A stretch of 64,000 bases of DNA from positions 89,344,001-89,408,000 of the forward strand of contig CM052816.1 in assembly GCA_028534125.1 (NCBI GenBank), given 5' to 3'. This document shows, piece by piece, positions 1-12,056 of this stretch; within the stretch, counting starts at the first letter, position 1, and each line of letters begins with the position of its first letter. Source of the DNA: Lama glama. Lineage: Eukaryota. Below the pieces are notes generated by a model. It saw nothing but the letters and a program-made list of their open reading frames with translations. It had not been told where the DNA came from and made no database searches. The translations under genes and the position numbers were made by a program.

Positions 1-189
1 CCTGCTTTAAGACTGGCACAGAGTAAAACCAGAGGTTATCTATGCAGAGACAGTGTCATCTAGGTTCAACTATCAATAAAAATACCTTAACACTACTTAT
101 TTCAGAATCTGGAATAGTAGTTACTCAAAAAATACCTACTAGTTTTGTACTATTTTATTTATTTTTAAGTATGACTAGTTTATGTGAAC

Positions 190-290
190 CTAGATTTGGT
201 CTCTATGTTCACTGCCATGTGCCTGGAACACAGGTGACTACAGAGAACACTTAATAATATTTCTGAATGAATAAGAAATGAGTGAATTAT
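190..290 (+). mobile_element. L2 3' end relic
   Basis: tgttcactg...gtgcctggaacac...taataatatttctgaatgaat resembles the L2 3' terminus. Confidence 0.5.
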
Positions 291-439
291 TAAATATATG
301 ATTAAGTGAATGAAAGATTGGGCAGATGATGACTGATTAAATAATGGACGGATGGATGATTATCAAGATGTAGTTTATTTAGTTTCTTGAACATGAGAAA
401 TTTATGGCCTCATTATTGTTCTTTTGCATTTTGTCAGGG

Positions 440-3170
440 TATAAGGGACATGTAATAAACACAAACATGTGGTTTTATAAGATTTGTTATACATATAGAC
501 AATCAAAAAGGTCACGGTATCCACCATCCCAAAATTTTCCTGATGCCCCTTAGAAACCTGTCTCATCTGCTCCATCTGTTTTTATAGATAGGTTGGATTT
601 CCCAGTGTTTGGAATAAATGGCATCAGGAAGAAAGTGCTCTATTTTGTCTACCTTCTTTTAATTATTTTGAGATTTACCCATGTTATATATTACATAAAC
701 AGTTGTGGTTTTTTGTGTGTTTGATTTTTGCTACAAACTATTCTACAGTGTGTATTTGTCAAGATGTGCTTATCCATCTGCCTGTTAACGGAGAGAGATG
801 ACCTATTTCATCGTTTTGGCTATAACAAAGAAACTGCTAAGAACATTTGGGGATAGCTTTTTATATGAACACATGCTTTCCTTTCTCTTGAAAAAATATG
901 TAGGAGTGTACTGCTGGATCATACAGTAGCTATATGTAAATGTTTCTGAGAAATGGGCCACTGTACCATTTTACATTCTCACCAGTAGTGTAGGTGAATC
1001 CTCGTGCTCCTTCACATCCTTGCCAACATTTGGCATGGTCAATCCTTATTATTATTATAAACGTCTGTTGTGGTATCTCAGGGCATTTTTAGTTGAATTT
1101 CCCTAATGACTCATTATCTTGAGTGTTCTTCCTTGTGCTTATATTCCGTCTTCTCTGGTCAAATATTTTACCCATATATTTTACTGAGTTGTTTTTTATT
1201 ATTGATTTGGTTTCTTAAATATTCTGGAGAAAAATCATTTATGTCTTATATGTCATAGATGTAATTTCACCCAGTGTACAACTTGTCCTTTCATTCCCTT
1301 AACAAAACTATCCAAAGAGCAAATTTTAAAACTTTGATGAATTCCAATTTATCAATGTTCTCCTGAATAGATCGTGCTTTTAGTATTACATCAAAAAGCA
1401 AACAAACAAAAACAACCAAAAAAAACCTTTTTTGCCTAACTCAAGGTCACAAAGTTTTTAAATATTGTTCCCAAAGTTTTACAGTTTTAGTTGCACTATT
1501 AATACTATGGTCCGTTTTGAGTTAATTTGTTTATATATGGGCATTATAGAAGGAAGTTTACTTAAATATGCATGTATATCAATAGTTCCCACTTCAGTTG
1601 CTGAAAAGAGTGTCAATTTTCCCCTGCGTTGCCTTTGTGTATTTGTTGAAAAATCATTTGGCCATGGATGTATGGGTGTATGCAGGGACTCACTATTGTT
1701 TTTCAGTAGTGTATCTATCTATCTTTGTGCAATACCGCACTGTCTTGAATACTAAACTTTCATAAATAGTCTTGAAATGGTGTAGGGTTCATCCTCCAAA
1801 ATCATTTTTTTTCTTTTTCAGTATGATTTTAGCTGTCCTTGGTTCTTTTATTACCATTTGAAATTTAGAATTCTGTTGTTGGTTTAGAGAAAATAAAAGC
1901 CTACTGGTGTTTTGAATGAGATGATGTTAAACCTATGGATTAGTTTTGGAGACTAGGCATCTTAAAAATATTGACTTTTCTGATCCATATACAGTTATTT
2001 CTCCTTATAAATAGGTTTTCTTTAACTTTCCTTGGCCATGTTTTATTTCTTTTAGTCATGTACAATTTTATTTGTTGGTTACTTGTATATAGAGATAAAT
2101 TTTTTTTTTGTATTTTGATCTTGCATCCTTTCATCTGGCTAAACTGACTTGTACATTTTTGTAGACTCAGTAGGATTTTTTACTTAGATAATAACATCCT
2201 CTATAAATTCACACAGTTTTACTTATTTTCCACCAATCCAGAGACTTTTTATTTGTCTTTTTTGCTTTATTTCTTAGACTAAAACCTCCAGTAAAGTGTA
2301 AAATACAGGTGATGATAGGATACACTTTTGTCATGTTTCTGATGTTGAGGAGGAAAGCATTCCATCTTTCATACTTAATCATGAGGTGTTGATGTAAGTT
2401 TTCCATAGATGAACTTTATCAGGTTAATATGCTTTCTTCTGTTTCTAGTTTGCTGCTAGGATTTTTTATTTTCAAGCAGTAATGAGTATCATATTTTGCC
2501 CATGTTTTACGTATGTCTATTGAAACATTAGAAGTTTTTGTTCTTTTAGTTTAATATGGTAAACTACATTCATTTTTTCAAATGTTAAATCTGCATTCCA
2601 TTCCTGAGATTCTCAACTTGGTCAAGATCTTTTGGCTTTTCCATATATTGATGGATTTGATTTGCTAATATTTCTTTGGAATTTATCTGTGTTCATGAGT
2701 GATATTTATCTGTACTTCCATAGTCATATTTTTGTCTTCTTTTGGTATCAGGTGGAATTACAGAATGAGTTGGAAAGCATTTTAGTCCATCCTCTTCAAT
2801 TTTCTGAAAGGATTTAGGTAGAATTGTTTATTTTCTTAAAAAATGTTTAACTAAATTTACCAGTTAAGCCATCTAGTCCTGAAGGTGTTTTTGTTTTTGG
2901 AAAAGTTTAAACTACAAATTCAATTTTTTAATAGATACAAGGCCATTAGTAGTATCAGTCTTCAGTGAGGTAGGAAAATTTGTATCTTTAAGGAATTTGC
3001 TAATTTTATTTAAGTTGCTGAATTTATTGAAATAAAATTATTCATACTCTCTTTTTATTATTTATAGAATTTAAATAATCTCTCTCATTCCCAATATTCA
3101 TAATTCCCCTCTTTTTTTTCCTTACTCTGGATAAAGTTCTATTAATTTTAATCATTTTCTTAAACAATCT
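440..3170 (-). mobile_element. Old L1 (L1M-type): 3'UTR plus degenerate ORF2
   Basis: T-rich antisense L1 hallmarks (ccattttacattctcaccagtagtgt; ttgtggtatctca; aggaaagcattccatctttcat; ttgctaatattt); no intact ORF. Confidence 0.8.
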
Positions 3171-3751
3171 TCATGAGGTTCCAAATGTTTTGAAACACTT
3201 CAAATATAAACCTATTTTACTTTTGAAATGTAGGAGAAACCAAAGATCAGTCTTCATGACAACTTTGAGCTGTAAGATATTTAGTGATTCTCCATCTATT
3301 TATTCTTTGATCAAGGAGAAATACAACTTTCATCTCAATACTGTTTCATTCCCTTTTACAATAGATTGGGCCAAGAAAGAGGGAAGAGATAAGAAGCAAC
3401 AGTGAGGAAGAAGGTGGCCCTGTCATTTTAGGAAAGCTGTCTCTCTCAGCTGTTCCCTGCTCAATTCCTGAAAAGCTTTATTTTCAGGTCATCAGTTGGT
3501 GTGTAGGTCCAGTCAGGGTTTGGTGCTTTCTTTAAATGCAACGTGTAGGTCCAACAGTCTATTCCTTGCAATTTAGCAGCACAAGAATTGTTTATTAGTA
3601 CCTGATAAGGGCCTTTCCGTTGGGGTTGAAGAGTTACTTTCTAGAGATATCTTTTCCAGTAGATTAAATCACTAGCTTTAAGGTGTGACATTTAAGGTCT
3701 CTGGCTCCTGGGAACATGCTGTAAAAACATTGTTCTACTGAAGTGTGATTA

Positions 3752-4010
3752 TTTTTTTTAAAATTGGCATATGGTTGATTTACAATATTGTGTTAGTTTC
3801 AGGTATATAGCAAAGTGATTCAGATAGATATATATATTTTTTCAGATTGTTTTCCATTATAGGTTATTAAAAGATATTGCATATAGTTCCCTGTGCTATA
3901 CAGTAAATCCTTGTTTCTTATTTATTTTATGTATAGTAGTTTGTTACAGATACAAATTGGATAAATTAGTACCCCATGCTTTGAATTTATTCCTCCCCCC
4001 TTTGGTAACA
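3752..4010 (-). mobile_element. Short L1 3'UTR insertion nested in the ERV integrase
   Basis: Poly(T) followed by ...tttacaatattgtgttagtttcaggtatatagcaaagtgattcag...atatagttccctgtgctatacag, a cetartiodactyl-type L1 3'UTR; integrase sequence resumes on both sides. Confidence 0.8.
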
Positions 4011-7000
4011 GCATGGTATTCTTAACAGAAACATTGTTGAAGTATTTTGCCAGCTTTTGGATCAAAAGCAGTAGGAGCCAAATGTAGTTAGCATCCTGGG
4101 ATTATCTCAAAGGGTAAGAGTTTATGGGTTCCAAGACCTGAGATTCAGAAGGACTACTGGCAGTGCCTTTGGCACAAATATGCAGAGACTCTATTTGAAG
4201 GGTCTTTACAAATTTCCCTTATTTCCACTAGCCCTGAGGATTCAGCATGGTAAGCAAATGAAAGCGTTGCAAAACTGGCCAAAAAGAAAATACCTGTTGA
4301 AGCGTTTGACAGGTAAGGTGAGTTTCCCTGTTCACTGTGAAGTTTGAAGGGGGATTCCCTATAGAGATGCTCCACAGAAGCAGCAGTAACTTGTCTGTAA
4401 GAGAAGACTTTATTCCAGTGAAATAATATCCAAACCATTACCAAGACATATTTATATCCTTGAGATGGGGGACACAATAAAATCCACCTGCCAAACCTCA
4501 AATAGCCCATTGGACAATTGTAAGTGTCTGGAAACACTGCAGACAGGTTTTCTTGAATTATGTTTTGGATAGTCAGGGCAAGCAAGGTAGGCATTGTTTG
4601 TGACCTTGTTAATATTTCTCCACCAGTATTGGTTCACAAGGGTTATTCTGTCAGTAAGCCAATGATGCAGTACACGTACCGTGGTTAGTAGTGGGAATTT
4701 TAGCATCTCTGGCAGAACTGGATTATCATTTGGCTCAAGCTCAATTTCTCTCTTTATGAAACAGACGGTTATTAGATTTAAATATTGATTTTCCTTCTCT
4801 GGGGATGATTGTTGGACATCTCTAGTCAGTTTTTATAGATTATAATTTGGGCAAACACCCTTTTGGACCATGATAGTGGTTTGGTTGTTGGTTCCTTCGA
4901 GGAAACAAAGTCATGAGCTACTCCAAAGTCATACGTACTGTCAGCATAGATATTTGTAGTTTTGCTGTTGGCTAAATGCAGGCCTAAGTAAGTGTACAAT
5001 TTAGCTATTGGGCTGAGGTAGTCAAGGATGCTGCCTCAATGACTTCAAAAGGAGTTTCAATAGCAAACCCAGCAAAATATTTATCATTTTCACCTTTTAA
5101 ATAAGAACTATCAGTAAACCATGGAAAGTCAGCATTGTCCAAAGGATTTTCCTACAAGTCATCATGGTGAGTCAGGAGGTAATCTGTCAAACAGTCCCGA
5201 GGAGTATTATCCATAAAAGGGAGAAGAAGAGTGGCAGGGTTAAGATTATTACAGCAAGAAGGTTATACGGGGAGTAGGCACTAAGAGGGTTTCACAGGAG
5301 GTGAGGCAACTGGCTGAAAGCTGTTGAATGCGATGAGAATTCAGGATGGCTTCTACTGCATGAGGTACAAAGATGGTTGGATGGGACCCCATGACTATCT
5401 CTTTGGTGGCTTTGACTAAGAGGGCAGTGGCAGAAATGGCTGTGAGGCAAGTAGGTATCCTCACACCACAGTGCCTAGCTGTTGGCTGTAATACCCTGTG
5501 GGTCAATGGAGGGACCCATATTCTTGGATGAGTACTCCAAGGACATTCCTTTCCTTTTCAAATAAAAAAAATGTAGAAAAGAAAGTTGATAGCTGAGATG
5601 TCCAAGGGCAAGGGGATTTATCAAACTTTCCTTTAGAACTTTAAAGTTTAACTTATCCTGATCTCAAATAATAGGGTCAGATTTGTTATTTTTTAGTAAA
5701 GCATATAGGAATTGGACCGTAAGAGAGGTTTAGAATCCAATTTTGACAGTAGCCAGCTAGTCCCTCAAAAATCTTGTAATTGGTACTTAGTTTTGGGTTT
5801 GGGGAAGTTCAGGATGTCATGAAGCCTATTTGGATCTAACAATAGTCCTTGTCCTGAGATCAGGTGGCCCAAGTACTGAATCTGCATTTGAAACAAACTG
5901 CAGGTTTTCCTTGGAGATTCTGTGTTCCTTTAGGGATAAGAATTTTATCAGGTGGATAGCAATATTATGTATGGTTTGGAAATTTCATTGAAGTCTCCTT
6001 CTGTGGCCACCGGGTTTCCTCACAGGCAAATTAAGAATATTGCAGGGTTGTTACGGGGACTAGTGCAGGGGATGATCAGACTCAGAGCCTTATAATCTTC
6101 CATGATGGGCTTGATGTCTTGCAGTTGATTGCATAAGGACAAATGGTTAATATCCTTTAAATTAGCTCCAGCGTGGAAGACAGGGGGAACAAACTGTGTG
6201 GAGGGATATTTGATTCACCTGGTTGGCTATTTTGGTTGTTGCTATCAAATTCCAGAATTCTCTCTCTCTTTTTGAGAAAGAAATTCTGGTATCATAGCTC
6301 TCTAAGAAATCTTACCCCAATAAATGAATAAGGACAGAGAAACTAAGGAGAAAAGGATGAGTATTTCTTAGCGGGTCTACACAAAAGGGAATAGGTTTAG
6401 AGACGGGATACTGTTGAGGCTTATTAGGGACCCCACTGTGAACAGTTTGAGTACTCGAAGACAGGGACTATTTAATAGCACTGGGGTTGAGCACCAAGAA
6501 TTCAGTTCCGTTGTCAATAAGGACAAAAAGATTCATTCCCAATCTGGAGAGTTATTTCTGCAAGCTGGTTAAGAGGAAGGACTGGGGAAAGCACCTGTAG
6601 TTCCTCAGAGTTCCATACTTGGGAATGAGGAGGGCATTTGGAAAGGCTGATTACAGAGCTGAAGTCACCTGCAATGCTTACATTTGTAACAATCTTTCTT
6701 TCAATGGCTTGGCTTTTTGCAGAGATGACAAAAGCCAGGAGGGGTTTGGTTTGGTTTAGGGGCCTCTACTTAATTGGAGTTGAAAATTTAGGATTTTAGT
6801 GGTCTTCCTTTTAGTTGAATCATCCAGGGTGCAGGTGAGCCAATTTGCTAAATTGAGGAAAGCTGGCGTGGACATTGTCTGCCATTCCATCCTGGTCCTT
6901 TTACCTGGAAGGGAAAGATTCCAGTTCAAACCCTTAATGAACGGAGAGGTGAAGGCTACCTGAGTAGACTCACGACCTGTAGGAAGGCCAGAATTTTCCT

Positions 7001-7304
7001 TAAAAACAATTTGAAGCTGGCTGCAATGGTCACATATGGGCTCACTGGGCCTCTGGATTTAAGCCAGGATCTTATTTCAATCAGCAGGGTTTGGGAAAGC
7101 CTCAGGGGTTTCCAGGTGACATCATTTAGTGAATGCTGAGCTTGATCACATGACAAGGAAGGGTGATGGTCTCTCATATGCAGTTTTAGAAGTATTTCAG
7201 GATGGTCTCTATCAGCTATTTTCAAGCCGTGTTAGGCTTGGCCTTCACCAACAAGCACTTGAACCAGCTGGTTTAAGTCTCAGAAACCTGGCTGTTAAGT
7301 CTGA

Positions 7305-7460
7305 TATTAATTAATATACTATATTGTATTTTTATATTTAAATTATATTTATAATTTATATTTATATCAAACATGTGAATATTTATATTAAATATTATAT
7401 AAAATTTTATTTATATGTAATATAAATTTATATATAATATAAATGTAATATACTTTATTA
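7305..7460. repeat. AT-rich low-complexity tract inside ERV gag
   Basis: Almost pure A/T, TA-dinucleotide-rich run. Confidence 0.8.
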
Positions 7461-8324
7461 AATTTCTTGGCAAATCTATGGGGGTCCTCCGTTACTCTTA
7501 AAAAAAAAATCTCTGAGTGTGGCTAGTATTTTGGCTTTAGTCCTAGGAACCTAACATATTAGGATCCTCACAGGGTCTTATTTTTAAGGGTCAGGTTCTA
7601 ATGGGTTTAGAGGAGGGAGGAGCAGGAAGAGGCTCAGAAGGAAACAGTGTAAAGGAAGCGAGGACAGAGACTGTGATGGGAGAAGAAAGAAAGAGGCTCT
7701 GATTTTGTTTTGTTTCTTTCAGTTGTTTGTTCACATCAGTTAGCTTATACATGGATTTTTGTAAAGAGGCCATCCTAGGGCCCTGAATAGGCTGAGAAGC
7801 CTCGGAATCCCTATTGAAATAGGCACCCCATTCAGCTTGTTCTGTTTCAGAGCCAGTCTTCTAATTTGGTTTTAAGAAAAGTTTGGGCAAATCAAGGTTT
7901 CCCCATCATGGCCATTAGAGCTCTAAATTATTTTTTACGTTAGTAGGTCCAATTAATTAAAAATGTGCATGAGGAGGGACTCTGGTTTTTGTTTTTTGTT
8001 TTTTTGTCTTTTTTTAAAATAAAACTGGTCAGGTTCCCAGGAGGAGAATTCTCCTGAGAGAATTTAGCAGGTTGGGATCCCATGACTCAAAGATTTAAAC
8101 AAAACAAAACAAAATAAGTACTCATCAGAAAGGATGAAGCCTTTAAAACAGATCTTGAATAAAACAGCTCAACCAAAAGGAGGAAGCTTGGATCTGAGGG
8201 GACACTAACCACGCCAAGAGGAAGGAAAAATAAAAATTCATGGAAGCCGAAAGCACAAAGGACTCGTGTGGGTACCTCACATAATTCAGGGGGTCAGGGA
8301 TTTCTCAGGGGTCTTCTCCTTCAG

Positions 8325-8343
8325 CTCCTGCTTCTGATCACCA
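8325..8343 (-). promoter_or_regulatory. Retroviral primer-binding site, tRNA-Leu-like
   Basis: Minus strand TGGTGATCAGAAGCAGGAG versus the tRNA-Leu(CAA) complement TGGTGTCAGAAGTGGGAT (one insertion, a few substitutions), directly after the LTR. Confidence 0.7.
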
Positions 8344-8345
8344 AG

Positions 8346-8690
8346 TGTGCTTACCTGAACAATCACAAAGGGGCCAGTTGTCTAACCAGCAAAATACGCT
8401 TATTTGGGAACAGCAGAGAATTGTGATCTGGGGCAAGCGGACTGTTGAACTGTAGGCTGATCCAGAGAACAGAGGAGAGGGGCTTTCTTTGCTGGAGGAA
8501 GGGAGGAGCTTGGGGAGAGCTGTGGCTCACTGACTGCAGGCAGCAGGCAGCTTGTTTCTGGGTCAGAGGGAAATCTTTCTTCTGGTGGGTGCAGTCTGCA
8601 AGCTGTGAGTGGTACATGTGTGAGGGCTCCCCTGGAGGAAGACCCCCCACAACTCCACTTTTAAAGAGGTTTCCTTTGTTTATTTTCACA
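8346..8690 (-). mobile_element. 5' LTR of the ERV (~345 nt)
   Basis: Minus strand reads TGTGAAAATAAAC...GTAAGCACA (TG...CA), has an AATAAG polyA-signal variant near 8400, and is followed 2 nt later by the PBS. Confidence 0.8.
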
Positions 8691-8802
8691 TCTTTAGTAA
8701 GCATTGTGTAGAAAGAAAGGAAAAAAATATATCCTTATATCTCGTTCATGCTTTGTATTTGCATTTTTTTAACATGTGTATAGCAATGTGAATATTTAGG
8801 TA

Positions 8803-9082
8803 CAGTTGACCCTTGAACAAAGTATATTTGAACTGCTTGGGTCCACTTACATGCGGATTTTTTTCAATAAATATACAGTTGGGCACATCTATATGTCCAT
8901 ATCCTTAGGTGAAGATTCACAAAATGTGGATGGTGTACTGTTTTTAAAATCCATGGTTGGTTGAATTTGGGATTGTGGAAGCCACATATAGGAGGGCCCG
9001 ACTATGGGACTTGTGGTCTCTGGATTTTGGTATCCGAGGCGGGTCCTGGAACCAATCCCCTGTGGATACCAAGGGATGACTG
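8803..9082 (+). mobile_element. Tigger2/MER2-family non-autonomous DNA transposon (MER2B-like)
   Basis: ta|CAGTTGACCCTTGAACAA ... GGATACCAAGGGATGACTG termini. Confidence 0.8.
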
Positions 9083-9559
9083 TTTTATGTTATATAATAT
9101 TTTATTATCTACTTTTGAAGCACTTGGTTTTTTCTACTAAGCATTATGATAAATGATTTACTGGCATCTCATGACTCTTTATCCCTATGATTATCTTGAC
9201 TGCTCATGATTATTACTTATAATTTTTAAATGAGAAAATCAAAACTGTTGCATATTTCCATTTTTAGTACTAAAAAAGATATCATACTCCAAAGCACCCA
9301 CTTATATAGTCACATTTTTATATGGTGTCACTCAATCATGAAAAAAATAACAGCTTGTCATTACTACACAAAAGTCTATGCACTTACTCAATGTAAGTAT
9401 AACCCAGTTGTTTTAAATCTACTTATTTTCTAAAATAACCCACTGACAATATGTGAGACTGTTCATTGCTCCATTTTTATTCCATTTTAATTAGAGCACA
9501 ATAATGCCATTGTTCTCTGTATATTTCCCCTTCCGCCTCCCTTCTCTCTCCCTACCTCC

Positions 9560-9700
9560 ACCCATTCCTCTTTCTTTCATTTTCTCTTTCTTTATTTTTC
9601 TTCATTCCTTCCTCTCTTTCTTTTCTTTCTTTCTCTTCCTCTCTTTCTTTTCTTTCTTTCTCTTTCTTCCTTTCTTCCTTTCTTCCTTTCTTTCTTTCCT

Positions 9701-9751
<51 letters not shown>

Positions 9752-9755
9752 CCTT
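9560..9755 (+). repeat. (TTTC)n / CT-rich microsatellite
   Basis: Pure TTTC run at ~9695-9750 preceded by degenerate CT repeats. Confidence 0.95.
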
Positions 9756-9959
9756 CAGTACTGAGTACCTGTGAACAGATAAATAAATAAGAAATAAGCC
9801 ATTACCAATGCTTTGCCTCCCTTTGAATTCCTACTGTTAGGAATTGCATGAGTAATAAGTCTGCTGGAATCTGGTACATTATGCTGTGATGATTGCCAGA
9901 AGTAAGAATGCATTTGGGAAGGAGGAAGGAAAACTTCCTTTTGCTCCCCTTTGATGCAA

Positions 9960-10800
9960 CTCATACTCTTACCTTCCAGTTCCCTCGTATTTCCTCTATT
10001 GTATGAAATCCACTGTTAATCCATCCACTAAAATTTTGATTCCTATACTATTATTTATTTCCAGATGTATTTTTTCAAATGCCTGTTCATTCTTAATAGT
10101 TTCTTGTTATTCAAGCATCTTTGTAATTGCATCCTTTATTCCTAGAATCATTTTGTGTGCAGTATAATCTTTCTGTTGTCTGATTGTACATCTGCAGTTT
10201 TTGCTCATTACGAATCAGTTGTTTCTCAACTTCAGTTCTTACTTGTGCTTGTCCAGACGCCTTTTCATGTGTTTCATATTTTCTGTTGTTATTGTGAATA
10301 CATACTTAATATTCATGGGCAGTGTTCCTGTGGGCCCCACTTGGTGAAAATTTCTTCTGTAGAACACGTGCCTCTGTCTCATATGATAATAGGGCCATGC
10401 CCCTGGACTACTTCAACTCAGCTTTCTCCCTATAATTTTGTCAGAGAGCTGGTATGCCAACTACTTCAAGCATCTTCATCTTCACGGCCTGGTTGTCATG
10501 GGGATCTACCTGTTGTTCCAGTCTGACTCCTTGCCCCTGCCTCCCAGCATCTGCTGTCTTGGCTCTGAGTACCACTTTGGTGCCTAGACATTTCAAGGAT
10601 TTTGAGCCCTGGCTGTTGGGCTCTGAAATACAGGCAATTTTCTGCTCTAGCTTCCCATCACCTCTCTACCATCCTAAACTCATGTTGTTTTGGAGGGATC
10701 CTTGAAGACCAGCAGTATTTCCAAGTGATTGAGACCTTGGATCTTGTTGAGTAGAGAAAAGGCTGCATACAACTCTCCAGGAAGTTCTTTCTTTCTTTTT
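9960..10800 (-). mobile_element. Very old L1/HAL1-like ORF1-5' region relic
   Basis: tccactgttaatccatccactaaaattttgatt... resembles antisense L1ME/HAL1 ORF1; heavily diverged. Confidence 0.35.
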
Positions 10801-10959
10801 CTTTTCTTTTTAATATATGTGTGTTTAGAGGTGTGAGTGTTTATCTGCTCTTTCCTTAAATATTGATGCTTCTGTGTTTTTACCAGTGTTTTGGGCTCTC
10901 ATCTGTTTTCTGGATTAAATTACCATCTATGAGAGCCTTTAGATTTATACTCCATATCT

Positions 10960-11650
10960 TTTATTTTCTGATGTGCCATTTACCTGTCACCTGCCCAGAT
11001 CCACTTTGAGTTTATAGATGGCTCAAAGCTCAGTTTTCCCCAACTATCATTTTATTCATATCATCTTCTATTTTAAAATCTACCCCTGGATTTTGGTGTC
11101 TCCTATGTTGCTTTTCATCTGTAAGAGACATAATCTTCTCAGTCTCCAAGATCATAAACAAATTGCCACTCTTGACTCTACCTGTTGTTTCTTATGTTAT
11201 AAAATCAGTACAATTCTAGGCTTTAAATATAAGGCCTGTTTACTGTCTCTCTAATGTCTCTGCATGTCAAAGCTGTGTTTGCAGCCTCTTAACTCGTCAG
11301 GTTTTCCACAGTCTGTCTCTTTTTAACCAAACTCTACATTGCTTTGTCGCTCCAAAATTCATTTTTCCTTCTGTCATTGACTCTCTCTCTACATATACAT
11401 CCCCCTTTCAAAGTCAACATAATTGCAGAGTTTTTATCTTCTTTCAGTAAAAACCTTTGAACTCCTTGACATGTCATTCAAGAGTCTGAGCCCTCCCAGC
11501 TTCTTCAGAGTTCTCCTGATCTGATCTTGTTTTGTAGGCTCTAGAACTTAAACATGAATGCTCTTTTATTCGTCCTTGAATTTGTACTTTTATACGGTCT
11601 GGCCCTTAATAGTTGTTCAGATTAGTTGGTGCTTACTAAGTGTTGAATAT
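10960..11650 (+). mobile_element. L2 relic
   Basis: Pyrimidine-rich L2-like text ending ...tagttggtgcttactaagtgttgaat. Confidence 0.4.
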
Positions 11651-12056
11651 ATAGCTGCTGAAATATAAAACAGACACGAGGAATCACTTTTATGTAACCC
11701 CCATCATGTAGAAAGATGTGATCTATGTAAGTTACATGGCATATGCTGTAAATAACAGAAGAAAAGTATAATAGAAATATTGTACAATTCATCAGCCTTT
11801 GATTGTTATTCACATTATTTCAGAGGATACATATAATTAATGTTTAAATTGAATATATGACTATTGCAGAAGACTGGAAAATGTATCTACAATTTAGGCC
11901 ATTTAGACTTTTCATTAACTACATATGTGTATTATGCAATAATGTCATTTGTCTAAATATGAAGCTCCAGGTTCTGAAATTAAGTGGTTCAGATCTAAAT
12001 TACTTTACATAATTGCTTTGTAACCTTGGGAAAATTAACTAACAACAACAACATGA

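Larger units (their letters stand above)
3440..8345 (-). mobile_element. Decayed class I (gamma-like/ERV1) provirus internal region: gag-pro-pol with deletions
   Basis: On the minus strand: gag start MGSQPAKFSQENSPPG (ATG at 8083); CCHC knuckle CHLCKKPSH*KKDC (6730-6689); protease VLIDNGT (degenerate DTG, ~6510) and IHLLG*DFL; RT pieces LPVRKP and QYLGHLISGQGL; tether PHAVEAILNSH; RNase H WFTDSSY and NIYADSTY; integrase (ORFs at 4154-4706) and C-terminal KGPYQVL...AAKLQGID (~3560-3620). Confidence 0.9.

Noticed and set aside
3168..3171. tctt matching the 4 nt after the LTR (8691-8694) as the ERV TSD
   Set aside because: The 3' LTR is missing, so this is not a true proviral end; 4-mer matches are expected by chance.
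4154..4706. Domesticated integrase gene
   Set aside because: Frameshifted, contains stops, and is interrupted by an L1 fragment.
9504..9764. F/L/S-rich ORF (and the K/E-rich ORFs at 47332-47551)
   Set aside because: Translations of microsatellites.
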